Positions 12,600 through 25,827 of a stretch of 64,000 nucleotides of DNA are shown here, in pieces. The position numbers and the translations under genes are program-made. The notes under the pieces were generated by a model. The model was not told the DNA's origin, did no database searches, and saw only the letters and a list, made by a program, of their open reading frames with translations. Within the stretch, counting starts at the first letter, position 1, and every line of letters begins with the position of its first letter. Source of the DNA: Dicyema japonicum (taxonomy: Eukaryota; Animalia; Dicyemida); assembly GCA_011109175.1 (NCBI GenBank), contig RDEW01000041.1, positions 248,001 to 312,000 on the forward strand. The letters run 5' to 3'.

Positions 12600-14400
12600 A
12601 ATGAATTTTTATTTGCACGGAAATTAAGTAGGTAAACAAATATCAGTTGAGGAAGCCTGCTGCGTGGATTGCGAACGAGTTCCCTCGGAGTATGCCTATT
12701 CCAATCTTTTGTCTTAGCCATAGCCCTTCTCGTTGATCCCTTTTCTTTCTGGCAAGCAATCCTCCGAGTTCTTGCAAGAATTCAGCCGTCATTGGACCAA
12801 CGGCTCCCGATGATTCGGTCGCAACAGGAGTAAATCGGTAGCGATCCCCGAGGCAAGAATATTTCTTGATTTTTAGATTTTCCGCGGTCGAAGCAGCTGC
12901 TCCAGGTGTCTGAACAGATTTAAAAATGTTCGTGCTTGAGAACGTGTCTATGCAAGTTGCGTCCCAGACCAAAGATCTTCCAGACGTGAAGGGGAAAAGG
13001 GTCTTCTGGGATTTTGAGTCCGGACCCGTTCCATTTCCGACAAGCTTCGTCAAATGACTCATTCCAGCAAAGTCCAATTGTGTTATGAAGGACTTGCCGT
13101 GTCAAATGACTGCAGCTTGAGAGATGATAGGTATGCCGGGTACGCAAACCTCCAGCGCCGATCTCATTCCGAAACCCCCAAAATCCAGAGGGAAGCTTGC
13201 ATTGTTTCCAACCAAGTTCGTCGAAGCGGACGTTAATTATTGACTCGACTGTTTGCTTGAGAGACTTGTCCATTGAAAGTAGAATGTCATATTGTTCGTA
13301 GCAGGGTGAACATCGGAGTAGATATAAAAGCTTGGGTAGTCCGATGTTGTTTCTCATTAGAAAGAAAGATGTGTGAGAGTCGAGACATGACAATCTTTTC
13401 GCAAGGCGTGTTAATTCTTCATTTTTGGAAAGTAGATGGTTCTTGAGTTCTTCTTCGCTGAGTGGGCATCCGAGGAAATATAATTTATCAACTGGCACAG
13501 TCGGGATCCCAGGAAGCAGTTCTTCAAAAGACTCCTTGATAGAGAGGAAGTCGGTGTATGGATATGAGACATTTATTAGCTCTGATTTGTTAACATTGAT
13601 GTCCAAGCCCAAATGTTTTAAAGCGGGTAACGCTTTACGTAATGAATTGTATGTTTCTTTGAACGATCCTCCAATTGTGGCATCATCGAGGTACCAAGAG
13701 ATTTAGCTGAGCATCAATTGAGCTCACACCTCATCAATGGTCAAGGCAAATAATAGAGGTCCGAGCGGATCTCCTTGTTGTACACCCGTTTTTGATTTAA
13801 TAATTTCATTTTCAAAAACCAAAGACGTATCTTCCCCATAGGATAGATTGACAAGAGGGAAAAGCTTTGGAGCCCTCTTCCAACACGTTTTCATAATTTC
13901 GTCTCTTCTGAGAGAATTAAAGGCATTCGTTATGTCCAACTTGATTCCAATGCATTCATTTGAAATATTTTTTTGTGTGAAGAAACGCCTTGCTGCATGA
14001 ACCGCAACCTCACATCCGTTCTGGATACTAACACCCATTTGTTTAGGAAAGAACTCCTCTCCGAGTTGTCTGCTCACCATGGTCGATGCTACTTTTGCTG
14101 CAAGTCTTCTAAAATAGTTCCCGACCGCAATGGGGCGGATTCCTCCGTTGGGTTTTTTGAAAGCAAGTAGCCTTGCAGAGAAGAGCAATTCTCTGGCATA
14201 TTTTGGGATGTCGCCGTTAACCATTTTTCTGATTAGGTCCGTAATTGATTTGACAGACACCGTCCAGCTTCCGAGGTGTAAGTGGACGTAAGGTCCTTAA
14301 TATGGCCAGGACGTAACCCTTCCAAGCCTCCACCGCTGCTAGCGCGAAGGAAGTTATTCCGTGGCGCACTTGGAAGCCCTCTTTTAGTTCCCTCATCACC
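12600..14400 (-). mobile_element. CRE-like non-LTR retrotransposon (family C): RT plus RLE endonuclease
   Basis: RT motifs GIRPIAVG..RRLAAK, KLDITNAFNSL, GVQQGDPLGPLLF and WYLDD. RLE motifs LVWDATCIDT, KIKKY, PVATESSG and GILRGN. The zinc-knuckle region is deleted. Confidence 0.9.
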
Positions 14401-17400
14401 CAGTAAATAACTCAGTAGACTTAAAGGCAGGTCACAGGTTTCAGACAGAAGGTCACTATTTTCACTTCCACAGTAACCCTCACTGGTTTTAATTTTTCAC
14501 GACCTTATTCAACTTAGCATCGTACCCCACAAGGAGAACAAATTTTACGCCGGATTACTTTTCCAACAAAATAATTTTTCTCAAATCATTCCTTACATGC
14601 CCAAATGGTGGAGTAGGTCACAGTCTTCACCACGTGTAATTTACAGTCTGAGTGGAATTTCCTGAGATCGGAACTGCGAATAAACACAGCTCATGCATTT
14701 CAAAAGCCTTCTCTCAGGTTTTAGGAGATATGTTCGACGAGAAATCGTTTCTTGTCTCAGTTTAAGCGTCTCTAGAAGATAACTTGTTATTTTTGGTAGT
14801 AAATATTTTGAGGTTGGTTTTTTATAAAGTATATTGAAAGTATTTGACTGATTTTGTGATTCGTTCGGAAATTATGTCCTGGGAATTGACACAGTTCAAC
14901 AAAAAATGGTGGGAACTTCGTGTTGCGTGGACCAAAACGACATCGTTAGACCCAATATACATTGTGTTTGTGTATGACATTCAGAAAGATGGTTTTTTAT
15001 TATCCCGCTTTTTTAGTTTGGATTACTTATTCTGTTACTTTACGTAAGACAGCTCTTCGAATAACGATCTGTTTGAGTATAGTCTGCATCTTTCTTGTTA
15101 TAAGTGTGAGATTTATAGTGTCTACACAACGTCTCATCTTGGAGCGGAGCTTGATCTCTCCACAGTCATCCTTCTGATTTGGAATTATCACTGTTTTTTC
15201 AGTTGTATAAACTTTCCTGGCAAAATGTTCCAGTTAGTTTTTGTGAGATGTGGACATTTGAACAATACTTATATCATCCCTTAATATAAACCGAGTGACT
15301 CCAATCCTCTCATCCAATGTCTAAGGAAAACATTAGCACTTCTCCCACCTTAATATTCAGCCTTTCCGAAATATCATCAGTCCCAATATCCTCTAAAATA
15401 ACTGAGTATTCCACAATAGTGTGGGGGAGACAAGAAAACTCCAAGTATGCTTCCATCGCTCGGAGAGTAGATTACCAAAAGATCCCACCTTGTCAGATAG
15501 ATTTCTTCTACCCTGGTTGTACTTTAACACATAAATCTTCAAGTTTAGATCACGATGATGCAATCACGGCTTAAAATTTCTTTAGAACGAGTATCTAATT
15601 ACATCAATAGGCTCACTGTGCCTCTTCCTTGTGGATCGAGCATTGGCTGGCAATATATTGAGATCTTGGATTACTTATTCTGTTGTACATTTAAAATCCG
15701 ACCCACAAATCCAGTAAATCAAATTTGGTTTTTACACTCATAATTGAGGAGTCCGATGATGTAGGTGATTTCTTTTAGGGTCATTCATATTCTCCTGGAA
15801 AGTTTCCTCTAAAGGTGGGGTGTCTACCAACAACTTATGTTCTCCTGTGCTATCTGAAGCGGTATTCTCATGGATGAAATCTGTTGGTAGCAGATTTTCA
15901 TTTTTTGATCACTTAATCGTCCGGTATCGCTATTTTCTTTCTGACCGACTCCTTTGCAGATGATATTCAAATTACCCTTATTCGTAGGTCGTGCTCTTTC
16001 AATTTTTTATATGTCAGTTCGAGTGGTGATTCCGGCAGCAGAGTCTCCTCTTAATAGTGAATATCATACTCCCCGTGCCACACCACATTTCTAAATGAAC
16101 GACATTTGATGTTGTTTTCTAGATCATCCGCCACAACTCTCTGCTTCCCCTGTTCTCCAGCGACTAAAATTAAACAAGGATTTTGTTCAACTCGTAACTA
16201 TTATCCTCTTGCACGAGAGGAATTTGCACGATGCGCATCCATGATTGAAGGCAGATCACATCTGAGTCCACTTTATCCATACTTCTTTTGACCGCAGTTG
16301 CTTGTATATTTCTATCCACTTCCAACTTTCTCGACGTACTAGTGAGTTCACTTCTTGATGTCCACCGATAGCAAAATATATGTATGTACACCATCTGAAG
16401 TTTTGATTACTGAGTACACTTTATCGGGAATTTTCTTAATATAATTTATGCCCTTTGCAACCTAGTGGCACTCTGGAGCCTGTTCAGCCGCTGAGAAGGT
16501 ATGATTTTGTTTGTCCCACTCGAAAGGGGAAATGTACGCGGTCCTATCCAATGATTTTTTGTTTGTCTCACTCGCCGTTGAGACGTCTGCTTCCTTCTCG
16601 CTTGCAAAGCTGGAATTTGATTCTTCTAGTGAATCAGATTTCTACACGATCAGAAGTTCCCATGAGCTGTTGGTTATTTGAGCGAATCTTGCTCGTCATC
16701 CTGAGAGGGAATAGCCACGCACTCAGAGCGCCCGTTGTATGACCATTTGTTCACTTTTTTGTTATTATCGTAAAAATATAATTTATAAGTCTGTAATAAA
16801 TCCGAATGTGATATCCCACACAAATCTAGGTGATAGTCCCACAACCTTATTATGCCTCCACGTGTAGTCGTGGTTTAGCATAGTGCCTCACTTGTGGCTA
16901 AATGTTCCATTTTCTATCTTTGCTTGCAATGTAGCCACCGTAAGTGCAAAAGTTCCTGTTTTGAAAGTAACCACCTCCAATCGAGGGCTTATGATTTCAT
17001 GTTGGGGCCACGAGGACGCATTCACATTTAAGTGAGATTTTAAAACTTATCAAGAAGATGAGTTTCATAATCAAATTTCAGCAGCACCCCCAGCAATAGT
17101 CTCTTACTCACGCGGACTACATCACACGACCTGCCTTAGACTCATGCATGTGCAGCGGTTTATTGACATGATTTTCCATCAACATTTGACGGATAAAAAT
17201 TATTAAAATTACACCTTTTTTAAAATCGTGACAAAAATCAACCCGACCTTAATATTTCTAGAAATATAATTGTTTTTTCTATCCTCACCATTCTCGAATG
17301 ATCTCACGACCACTCCACGCCCAGATAGTCCACTTGAGAATTGGTCCATCAGAGAAAAGGTTTTCCAAATTTATTGTCTTTCCGTCGATACTTAAGTTTG

Positions 17401-17719
17401 CAGTTTCCCAGTCTGTCCTAACATTAAGTTCAGATGAACATTGTTAGTTAAGTAACCCCAGCCTCACTAATTTGTAGGAGACCAGCGGCTATTAAGTAGC
17501 AAATGCTGGCCGCTCCCAGATGAAGAACATACAAAGCAACATCTGAAATTTTTATTTATAGGAATAAAAATCGCTTCAATTTCTCAAGAACCTGTGACAT
17601 CTACACTCCCGTGAGACCCAACGGTTTCGCCAGTAAATGTCCGTTACCATCGTGAAGCGCCGTCAGTCTGTCGGGGAGGACCATAACTGTGACATGAAAT
17701 GAATAAAAAAATACCAAAG

Positions 17720-18120
17720 CCACAAAAACACAAACTAACTAATCACGCTCTAGCAGAGACCTCAACTAGACTCGATGCTCCTCCATCGACCCACACAAGG
17801 ATATTTATTAATCCCGGATACACCGAGAAGGAAGTTAAAGTAAACAACTAATTAAGTGTATCCAGTTTCCACTTCTACAGAAACAGAGTCCATCCGGAAT
17901 CAACATAAAGGGTAAAAGACGTCCATACTTGCAGTTGTGGAAACCCTCCAGTGAGTGGGAAAAGCAAATGATCCTTTTTCGCGCCTGTCTAGCACTGGGA
18001 GCCACCTAAACAGGTGGATCGCATGACGCCACTCTAGTAGGAAGAGAGAGGAGGAACAGACAAACAAACAGAAACTTCAACTAATAAGCTACGAAGCACC
18101 ACATGGCACCACGCGGCTAA
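17720..18120 (-). mobile_element. Nested LINE fragments: 5' repeat, family A 3' end, and a second LINE 3' end
   Basis: 17960-18120 matches 9770-9910. 17801-17830 is the family A hairpin plus AATAAA. 17725-17800 matches 21730-21810. Confidence 0.65.
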
Positions 18121-18318
18121 AGTGCAATTAAAAAAAAATACAAATTGTACAAAATTTATTAAAAATAAAAAATTAATCTTGTATACTCTAATTAAATCAA
18201 TAAATTAATTCTATTGAAAAAAATAGATTACATAATTTGTTTATATTCATTTACTAATTATTCATCGAATTTTTAAAATTAAAATATATTATAAATATGA
18301 TTAAGTTTAGTCTTTTCA

Positions 18319-19218
18319 ATGGAGACGGTGAGATATTTTCTACATTTTCCAATTGTTCAAGCTGTTGTTGCAAATTTCATTATTGGAATAGTCCCTGCAC
18401 TAATTCTCATTTTCATCAAAATTGATAATACTTCAAAAAATAAACAGTCTTTGCAAGTAATTATATTTTTAAATTAGATCTTTTTGGCATTCGCTTCTGG
18501 GGACTTCTTGGACATTTTTATTAACTTGATTCCACAGACATTTGCTATCATTAATGAGACTGGAAGGAATTTAAGCTTTGTTGTACTTTTTGGACTATAT
18601 TCTTTTTTTACTCTCGAGAAATTACTTAATATGTACTTTAAGCAATTCTCTGAACCTGGTGAAGCAACTCCTTCTGAAGAATATTCTGAACCATCGACTG
18701 TACGTAAAAGAATCAAATTTAAAGATTCAAGCGACAATGAACGGCCAACTGAAAAAACACAAAAAATGAATACTTCTGGGTATCTGAATTTGATCGGAGA
18801 CTTTATTCACAACATTACTGATGGACTTATTATTGGTTCATCCTTTCTACACAGTACATCGCTTGGAATCAGCACATCCATTTCTATCATATTCCATGAA
18901 ATTCCTAATGAAATCGGAGATTTTATAGCTCTCATCAATTCAAATTGTTCCAAAAGAAATGCTATACTCCTCCAATTTCTTACTGCTATTGGCTCATTGG
19001 TTGGCACTATTTTATCATTTATACTCGGGAAAATGAGTTCTGTTATCGGAGATTCACTTATACCATTCACAACAGGAGGATTTTTATATATTGGAACAAT
19101 ATCCATGTTGGGGCAACTTACTGGTGAACATGATGGAGGTGTCTTGCATATAGTGAAACTGCTTATAGCTGCATTTATGGGTGTGATGCTTCTTTATGCG
19201 GCCAACATGATAAACTAG
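18319..19218 (+). CDS. ZIP (SLC39) metal transporter, LIV-1 subfamily, ZIP7/ZIP13-like
   Basis: Exon 1 is 18319-18456, followed by a 21-nt intron at 18457-18477 and exon 2 to the TAG. Motifs LAFASG, GYLNLIGDFIHNITDGLIIGSSF, HEIPNEIGDF and PFTTGGFLYIGT. Confidence 0.92.
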
Positions 19219-19289
19219 TTATCTTGATCTCTCATTTATTCTTAAATACTTTTCCTTAGAATTTAATTAAAAATATATTTATTATATTG

Positions 19290-19430
19290 AGACGTCAGGA
19301 ACCCTCGCCTACAAGCGGACGATCGGCTCAATGATTCGAACGGTTACCAAGGATCCACGTGATACTGGATGGCTTAGAGAGCGTATCCCGATAGCTAACA
19401 AACTGATGACTCAAACTCCCTAAATAAATT
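19290..19430 (+). mobile_element. Short 3' fragment of a CRE-like element
   Basis: ETSGTL..IGSMI..VTKDPRDTGWLRERI resembles the CRE RLE C-terminus, and it ends in TAAATAAA. Confidence 0.55.
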
Positions 19431-19465
19431 TAATTATTTTTGATATAATTATTTTAAAAAATTTA

Positions 19466-20332
19466 TTAAATTTGTCTAAAAACAATATGAATAAATCCAT
19501 CAGGAAATGACATATTATCCATTAACCATTGAATATTAGTTTGGAGAGGAATCTCTACTCCATGAATAATACATTGTGTCCTTTCATATAAAACTTTAAT
19601 TATTAAATAATAAATACAAGTTGGTAATTTTTTATTAATTATTTGAATTAAATCAGAACAAGCATCTTCGTGAAATACTTGTCTGTATTCATCTCTACGT
19701 GCCTATCATAAATTAAGTTATTTACCTTGTAAACTCTTAATGTTATGCCAGTTGTCTTTGATGCGCCAAGAATTTGTTGACTAAGTAAAATATATCCGTC
19801 ATAGTCGGCTAAAATAGCATTAAATTAAAACATTGAGTAAGACAGTGCCATAACTGAGCTTTGTCGCTTACAGTCATTCTATTGACAGAAGCAAAATTAT
19901 TTTTTAACGAGAAGGACTCTTTGAGAGTATGAAAGAACAATCTGCTCATATTTTCTTCCTTTTGGACATAAATTATGTTATTCAATGGGTAATTCTCAGT
20001 ATGCAGACCAAGCGACCACATTTCACAATTGATAGCATATAAATCATAAAGGAGACCAGCTGGGTAATCCCATCGGATAGCTATCCCTTTCCACTCCAAC
20101 CACATGTGCTTTGATAAATCATTCACACTTTTCTCATCCAAATGACTGAAAAATGACTACACAGTTCATCCTTCAGCAGAACCAAGTATGAGATTCGTGG
20201 AAAAAGACTCTAAACATAATAACTAATAATTACAATGAAGGGTATAACAATTTTGTTTGTCTTTTGTGGATTAACAAGCGATATTGAAAGAGATATTTGT
20301 TGTCTCCATATCTCACTTTGGATATTATCCAT
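19466..20332 (-). CDS. ATG5: Autophagy protein 5
   Basis: Motifs EIW, PRISYL, MWLEWKGIAIRWDYPAGLLYD, FFHTLKESFSLK (conjugation-site Lys retained), IHGVEIPLQTNIQWL and SFPDGFIHIV. Introns 20210-33, 19809-31, 19703-25 and probably 19594-617. One frameshift lies in a T run. Confidence 0.92.
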
Positions 20333-20429
20333 AAATTTATTATTTAATAATCGTAAAAATATATTTTATAATTAATTCGTTTTATTTGTGGTCATAAAGT
20401 TTTGTGGTTTTAATTTTGATAATTGAATG

Positions 20430-21660
20430 TGTCCTTCCACTACCAATTAGGATTCAGATCGGAGTGCTCTACAACGAAACACATAAATTTCTTGGCACAA
20501 TTTACATCGGAAGGCTTCAACGAACCTACGGACAATACTAGTCTCGTTAGTCTTCCAAAAGGGGTTTAACTCATTCCAGAGAATCTTACCTACGAAAAAG
20601 ATCTTCAACACCTCCATTCATCTGACTTTAAAACGACGGATAGTCAATTTTCTTACGGACGAAGGGGACGTGTGTTTATAAGCCATTCAAGATGAAATCC
20701 CGTCTCCTCACATATGGTGTCCCTCAAGGATCGCAATTCAATTATTGCAAGCGGAAACAGTTACGTGGATGTGGCAAAATCAGAACTTCAGTCGTACATA
20801 AACGATCGGGGCATGGGTCTCTCCGAACCGATAACACGTAAACTTAGCAAAAACGCACACCTTTCCAAAATCTTAAGGAAGATTCTTGAGGTCTACCGGG
20901 ATCACTTAATTAGATGGTTTAACTCCTTCTTTCTTGGAGTTTCATATTTGGGGTTAGATAATATATGTATCCTTCCAACGTGGATTGAAGACGAGTCACT
21001 CCACAACATGTCTAACGAAATTCATAAATGAGGATCGTAATGAAAACTTCGCATCCAGTCCATAATATGCTCCATGGAAGGTTTTTGACTTCAATGAAAT
21101 TACATACAAGGAAGGTATGGTTTCAGACATTTCAAACAAATTGAAAATGTGGATTGCAAACTTCCTTAACGGACGGAGAATGGTAGTTGCGCGTTCGTCG
21201 AAATCTGTCACTAAATTCCCACAGGGATCCCCTCTTTCACCCATTTTGTTCAGCCTCTTTTAGCCCTTCCATACCAGCAACAACACTCATGTTCTCGATT
21301 ATGCTGACGATGTAATCGTCGCAACAAGAGACCACTGTGTTCACACTGCGGGTACCCGCTTATAAGATTTACTGGACAACCTGAGCAGTTGGTTCATGAG
21401 GAACATTAAAAAATAAAAAAGTCTAGATTTTCACTTAAAATAAAAGACTAGCAAACTCAGCACCTCTTTTAACTCTTAATTGAGATTTAACCACTCCATA
21501 ACTCTAAGTTACGGTATCACGTACGACCACCTCGTGACATTCAGTAAGCATATTAGCAACGCCATATCCTTGTCCCAACGAAAACTAAACTTTGTAAAGA
21601 CACGTGTAGATACTACAAAAACTGTTTCTACTCAACGTTAAGCTCATTTTATACGCAATA
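20430..21660 (+). mobile_element. Degenerate family A LINE
   Basis: Remnants include KVFD, WIANFLNGRR, FPQGSPLSPILFSLF and DYADDVIV. Confidence 0.75.
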
Positions 21661-21729
21661 TGTCAGAGTTGAATATGCATATAGTCAAATCAAAAATGCA
21701 GTAATAATAATACCAGAGACCACGGTTAC

Positions 21730-22215
21730 ACAAACTAACTAATCATGTGATCACAGCACGCTCTAGCAGGGACATAATCTTGACCCGATGCTCCTCCTCG
21801 ACCCCACACAAGCACGTATCGGTCTAGTGACTGCACCTTCACAGTCACGACGGCGCGTTCCATGGTTCATTCGTATAAGAGGCATTGGTGGCTGGAACTC
21901 TCCAGAAATCCAGCGTTCCGTGATTTTGGCGGCTCTTTTCCGGCTAGCCTCGATCTTCAAGACATTTGTCCAAGAAATGAGTGGGCCCCATATACCACAT
22001 GCATAAGAGATGCATAGTTCAATGAATTGTTTATATATAGTGCTCAAAACAGTAGGCTTTCTGTTCTTCCATAAGCCTATAAGGCATTTCAAAACATTAG
22101 ATTTCTTTTCGCATTTTGTTATGACGTTTTCAACATGGGTCGAAAATGACATGTGAATGTTAAAAGTCACCTCAAGGATCCTTTGAGATCTTCTAAAAAA
22201 TAGCTTCATTTTTTG
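21730..22215 (-). mobile_element. 5'-truncated LINE 3' fragment (family A-related)
   Basis: ORF 22209-21763 (ILEVTFN..YKQFIELCISYACGIW..IRACVGSRR) is homologous to the end of ORF 4805-4158. Its 3' UTR is shared with 17725-17800. Confidence 0.75.
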
Positions 22216-22384
22216 CCTTCAGTTCGACCGTCCGTCTTCCCATTCTCTTGCTGGCAGCTAGGCGATTCTTCTTCGTTATAAAATTAAATAAAATTTAATT
22301 TTTTATTATAAATAATGTTATTTTTTATAAAAGTCAAATAATTTTTAAATTAACATAATTATAGGTTCCACATTTTGTTAGAAA

Positions 22385-22940
22385 ATGGAAATACCTTCAT
22401 TATATGCGCATTGGTTGAGGTGGTGACGATACTCTATGCACTATGTCTTATTCGTATTCTTTACCGACTTCTACGTTCACTCTGGGATCTTTCAATTGCA
22501 GAGGACTTATACAACCTTACAAGAAACACGACTGGTATGCGATCTAACCAAATATGACGTCTTTGTTTGTTGTCTAAAAGAGACAACAAACGACCGTACA
22601 ATGTACAGAACTGTTTGGAAAATTCCACCTTTTTATCCACCCTGGAACACATATGCTTTATGAACGTTGTAATCACAGACTTTAAAGAATTTGCTGCTAA
22701 CTTAAACAGTCCAGAGTCCCTGTGGTTTAATTTATATCAAATTCAGTGATTTTACGCATATGAATAATTATTATGTTAATGAAACATGATATCTCTAAAT
22801 TGTATCTTTTTCGAAAAGGCCGACAATCTTACATTCCTCGATTTACTGGGCTGCATTGTGAACATGATTTGTATGAAGTCTTTAATGGGATTTGCAATTC
22901 GAATTACAAATTCAGAAATTAATTTAAGTCGATTTTTGAA
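22385..22940 (+). pseudogene. Internally deleted paralog of the ZYG11/ZER1-like gene at 28.5 kb
   Basis: Starts with MEIPSLYAH and contains LEHICFMNVVITDFKEFAANLNSPESL, both matching the 28.5 kb gene. It has a 22-nt intron (22725-22746) at the same position as in that gene, and in-frame stops. Confidence 0.75.
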
Positions 22941-23199
22941 AGTATTTTGAAAATATTGAGGCGTAGGATTGTTACTGGGTCAGGGCTTATGGGTAATTAA
23001 AGGGAGAGTTAACAATGGCTTGAGTACGAGGAGCTTCCCTGCATGGCCGAGGCATGACGGGCAGTGCCATACTTCAAACGTGCTACAGCGGCATGGGATA
23101 GTTTGATATGAGATTCTAAGTTTCCAGATTTTGACTAGCCAACAAAATGAACATTTTTCGGATGAGTTTGTCTCTAAGATTTTCCTCTAAGTGAGAACA

Positions 23200-23390
23200 G
23201 GATACTCAAAAGACAGAGTGAGATAATATTCAGAAGATACGGGGAGGGATTGACACTCAGTAGATACGGGGGATGGTCCTCAGAAAATACAAGACGATAA
23301 TCTTAAGATACGGAGTAAGATACTCAGAAGATACAAGGAGATGATAATCCTAAGATACGGGAGGAAGATATTTAGAGGATGCGGAGATTA
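23200..23390 (+). repeat. Degenerate tandem repeat of roughly 21-27 bp units around (C)TCAGAAGATAC(G)GG
   Basis: About 8 imperfect units, for example ttcagaagatacgggg, ctcagtagatacgggg, ctcagaagatacaagg and cctaagatacggg. Confidence 0.55.
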
Positions 23391-23857
23391 GCACTATCAC
23401 ATTTTATAAACCACAAACCACACAGCAGCACTTTATTTAAAAATAAATTCAATCTGTTTGAGAAAACTTTCAAAAGTATGATTATCGAACAGGTAACCAA
23501 AAATGAATTCACCTCTATTTCAAAAAACTTATGGAGCTGACTTTTGATTATTATGAGGACATTACATTGGTTTTCGGGTAGAAGAATTTGATTTCCGTGA
23601 GGAGAGAGGGGATATATTAGTTGGCAGTTAAGGGAAAGAATGATTTCAACGGTTAGAATAAATGGATATTGACTTATAATTATTGTCGTATGTCATAAGA
23701 ACCTGAGTCGTTGATACTGTCCGAGATGAAAAGACGAATGATAACTACCCCAAGGTAGCGACTCGATTAAACTCTCGGGATTCCAAGTGAATAAGGTTGT
23801 ATAAGATGTCTCCGTATAAAATTTAAAATATAAAAGAAATTTAATTTATTTCAAATT

Positions 23858-24815
23858 CAGTGCCTGCCTACTTTTCATCCGTTGCGAACTGCAGTCGCTT
23901 GGCCCAAGCAGTCCTACGTAACGCAACCGGACATATCTTGGACTCGGAGCTTGACTGAGTTTGCAAGTTGTGGGTGAGTTGGACTTGGAATTCCCGTCGA
24001 ACTTTGCTTGCCAGAAGAGTTGGGACTCAAGCACTCTGGATGCCGCGAAGAAAAGCGCCAACCAACACCGACTAGCAAGCATTAAGTCGGCCGCACATCG
24101 TGGAAATGGAGTCTGGCTCGAGGCCCTACCTTGCCCACATCTGGGGACTCTCCTTGACGAAAACAGCCTGAGGATCGGGGTGGCACTGCGCCTAGGACTG
24201 GACATATGCCAGAGACACAAATGCCGTTGCGGCGGGGACGTTGATACGAAAGGCTTACATCCACTTTCTTGCTGACGGATTGCTGGTCGAGCCCCGCGCC
24301 ACGCAGTCCTCAATGGCGTCATTTTTCGAGCCTCAAGGCTGCGGGATTTCCGGCCCAATTGGAACCATTGGGCTTAGACAGAGGTGACGGGAAGAGGCCG
24401 GATGGAATGACGTTATTCCCATACTCCCACGGAAAATCACTCGTCTGGGAGGCAACGTGTGTGGACACCTTCTCAGGAGCCAGATTGCTGACGGCGACGC
24501 ACTCTCCTGGAGACGCAGCCGACCAGGCGGAGGTCAAGAAGATCCATAAGTACGAACCCCTCGGAGACCATTATCATGTCACCCCCATTGCTGTGGAGAC
24601 AGCTAGAACTGTAGGCGCGAAGACGGACTGCCTTCTCCACAGCATTGGAAGCAAACTCGCCTCAAAAAGGTGCGAGCCACGAGAGGAACTCTGGTTGAGG
24701 CAGAGGCTCGAAATGACGATTATCAGAGGTAACGCCTTCGCTATTCTGTCGTCCTAATTATTGCCTTTGTTATTTTTAATTATATTGTTTGTCAAAAAAA
24801 TAAATAAAAAAAAGT
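23858..24815 (+). mobile_element. 5'-truncated CRE-like element (GC-rich subfamily): zinc knuckle plus RLE, poly(A) tail
   Basis: Motifs WLEALPCPHLGTLL, LRLG..CRCG..GLHPLSC, GDGKRPDG, LVWEATCVDT and IIRGNA. An A-rich tail lies at about 24795-24813. Confidence 0.9.
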
Positions 24816-25033
24816 ATTATACTATGTGATAAAAATTAAAAACATCTCAAATATTGATTATTCAAAGGTTTTTTTCATACTTTTTTTAGATTAGATTTAG
24901 AGGTATGATTTAGCGGTGTTTTATGTTAAATTCTGTTTTCTTTGTCTTATCTGGCCATCGAAATCTTCTTAATCTCATGTTGTGAAAGCTACTTGAAACC
25001 TTAAATTTGAATGATCAACAAATTTTAATATAA

Positions 25034-25270
25034 CCTCGGGGATCGCTACCGATTTACTCCTGTTGCGACCGAATCATCGGGAGCCGTTGGTCAATGACGG
25101 CTGAATTCTTGCAAGAACTCGGAGGATTGCTTGCCAGAAAGAAAAGGGATCAACGAGAAGGGTTATGGCTAAGACAAAAGATCGGAATAGCCATACTCCG
25201 AGGGAACTCGTTCGCAATCCACGCAGCAGGCTTCCTCAACTGACATTTGTTTAATTGTTAAAAAAAATTT
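25034..25270 (+). mobile_element. Short 3' copy of CRE-like family C
   Basis: Only about 5 differences over about 215 bp from the reverse complement of 12635-12850, with an A-rich tail. Confidence 0.9.
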
Positions 25271-25827
25271 TGTTATAAAAAAAATATAAAACGATTTAAA
25301 ATGAAAAACTTTTTTATTATCAGACACATAAACTGTATTGAATGCCTAATTAATTTTTTTAATTATTTATTTTGAAACTTTTTTTGTTTCATTTGTGGAA
25401 ACTTTGAGTAACAATCAATTACATAAAGAATCCATTTATATTTTTTATTATAGGAAGAATATCTCCGAAGATTTATACAATCAGCCATGAATCGTTCGAA
25501 TTTATGTGAAACAGTAATCATTTGAATATCTTCACAAGTCTTTAGCCTGTTGAGATGGTTCAGGAATCACGGGTTGATATAAAATGGCGAATAACTTATT
25601 CAGTTAAAGAAGGGAAAAGGTACCGATCCTTCGACCTCTTCTATTTTCACCCCTTTTCACTCTTAATCGCTTTATTGACTCAAAACAAAATGTTTTGTTT
25701 TTTGAGGGAAAAAGGGACCGATCATTTGAAGCAAAACTTAGTGGCTGTTAATGGTTTTCAAGTGATAAATTTGTCTTAACAACCAGGACAGTATCAACAG
25801 CCCGGACGCTATGACATACGATAGTTA

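Noticed and set aside
14700-16450. Possible host gene or TE in this interval
   Set aside because: All frames are riddled with stops, and I could not assign a motif or a consistent exon chain. It is left unannotated.
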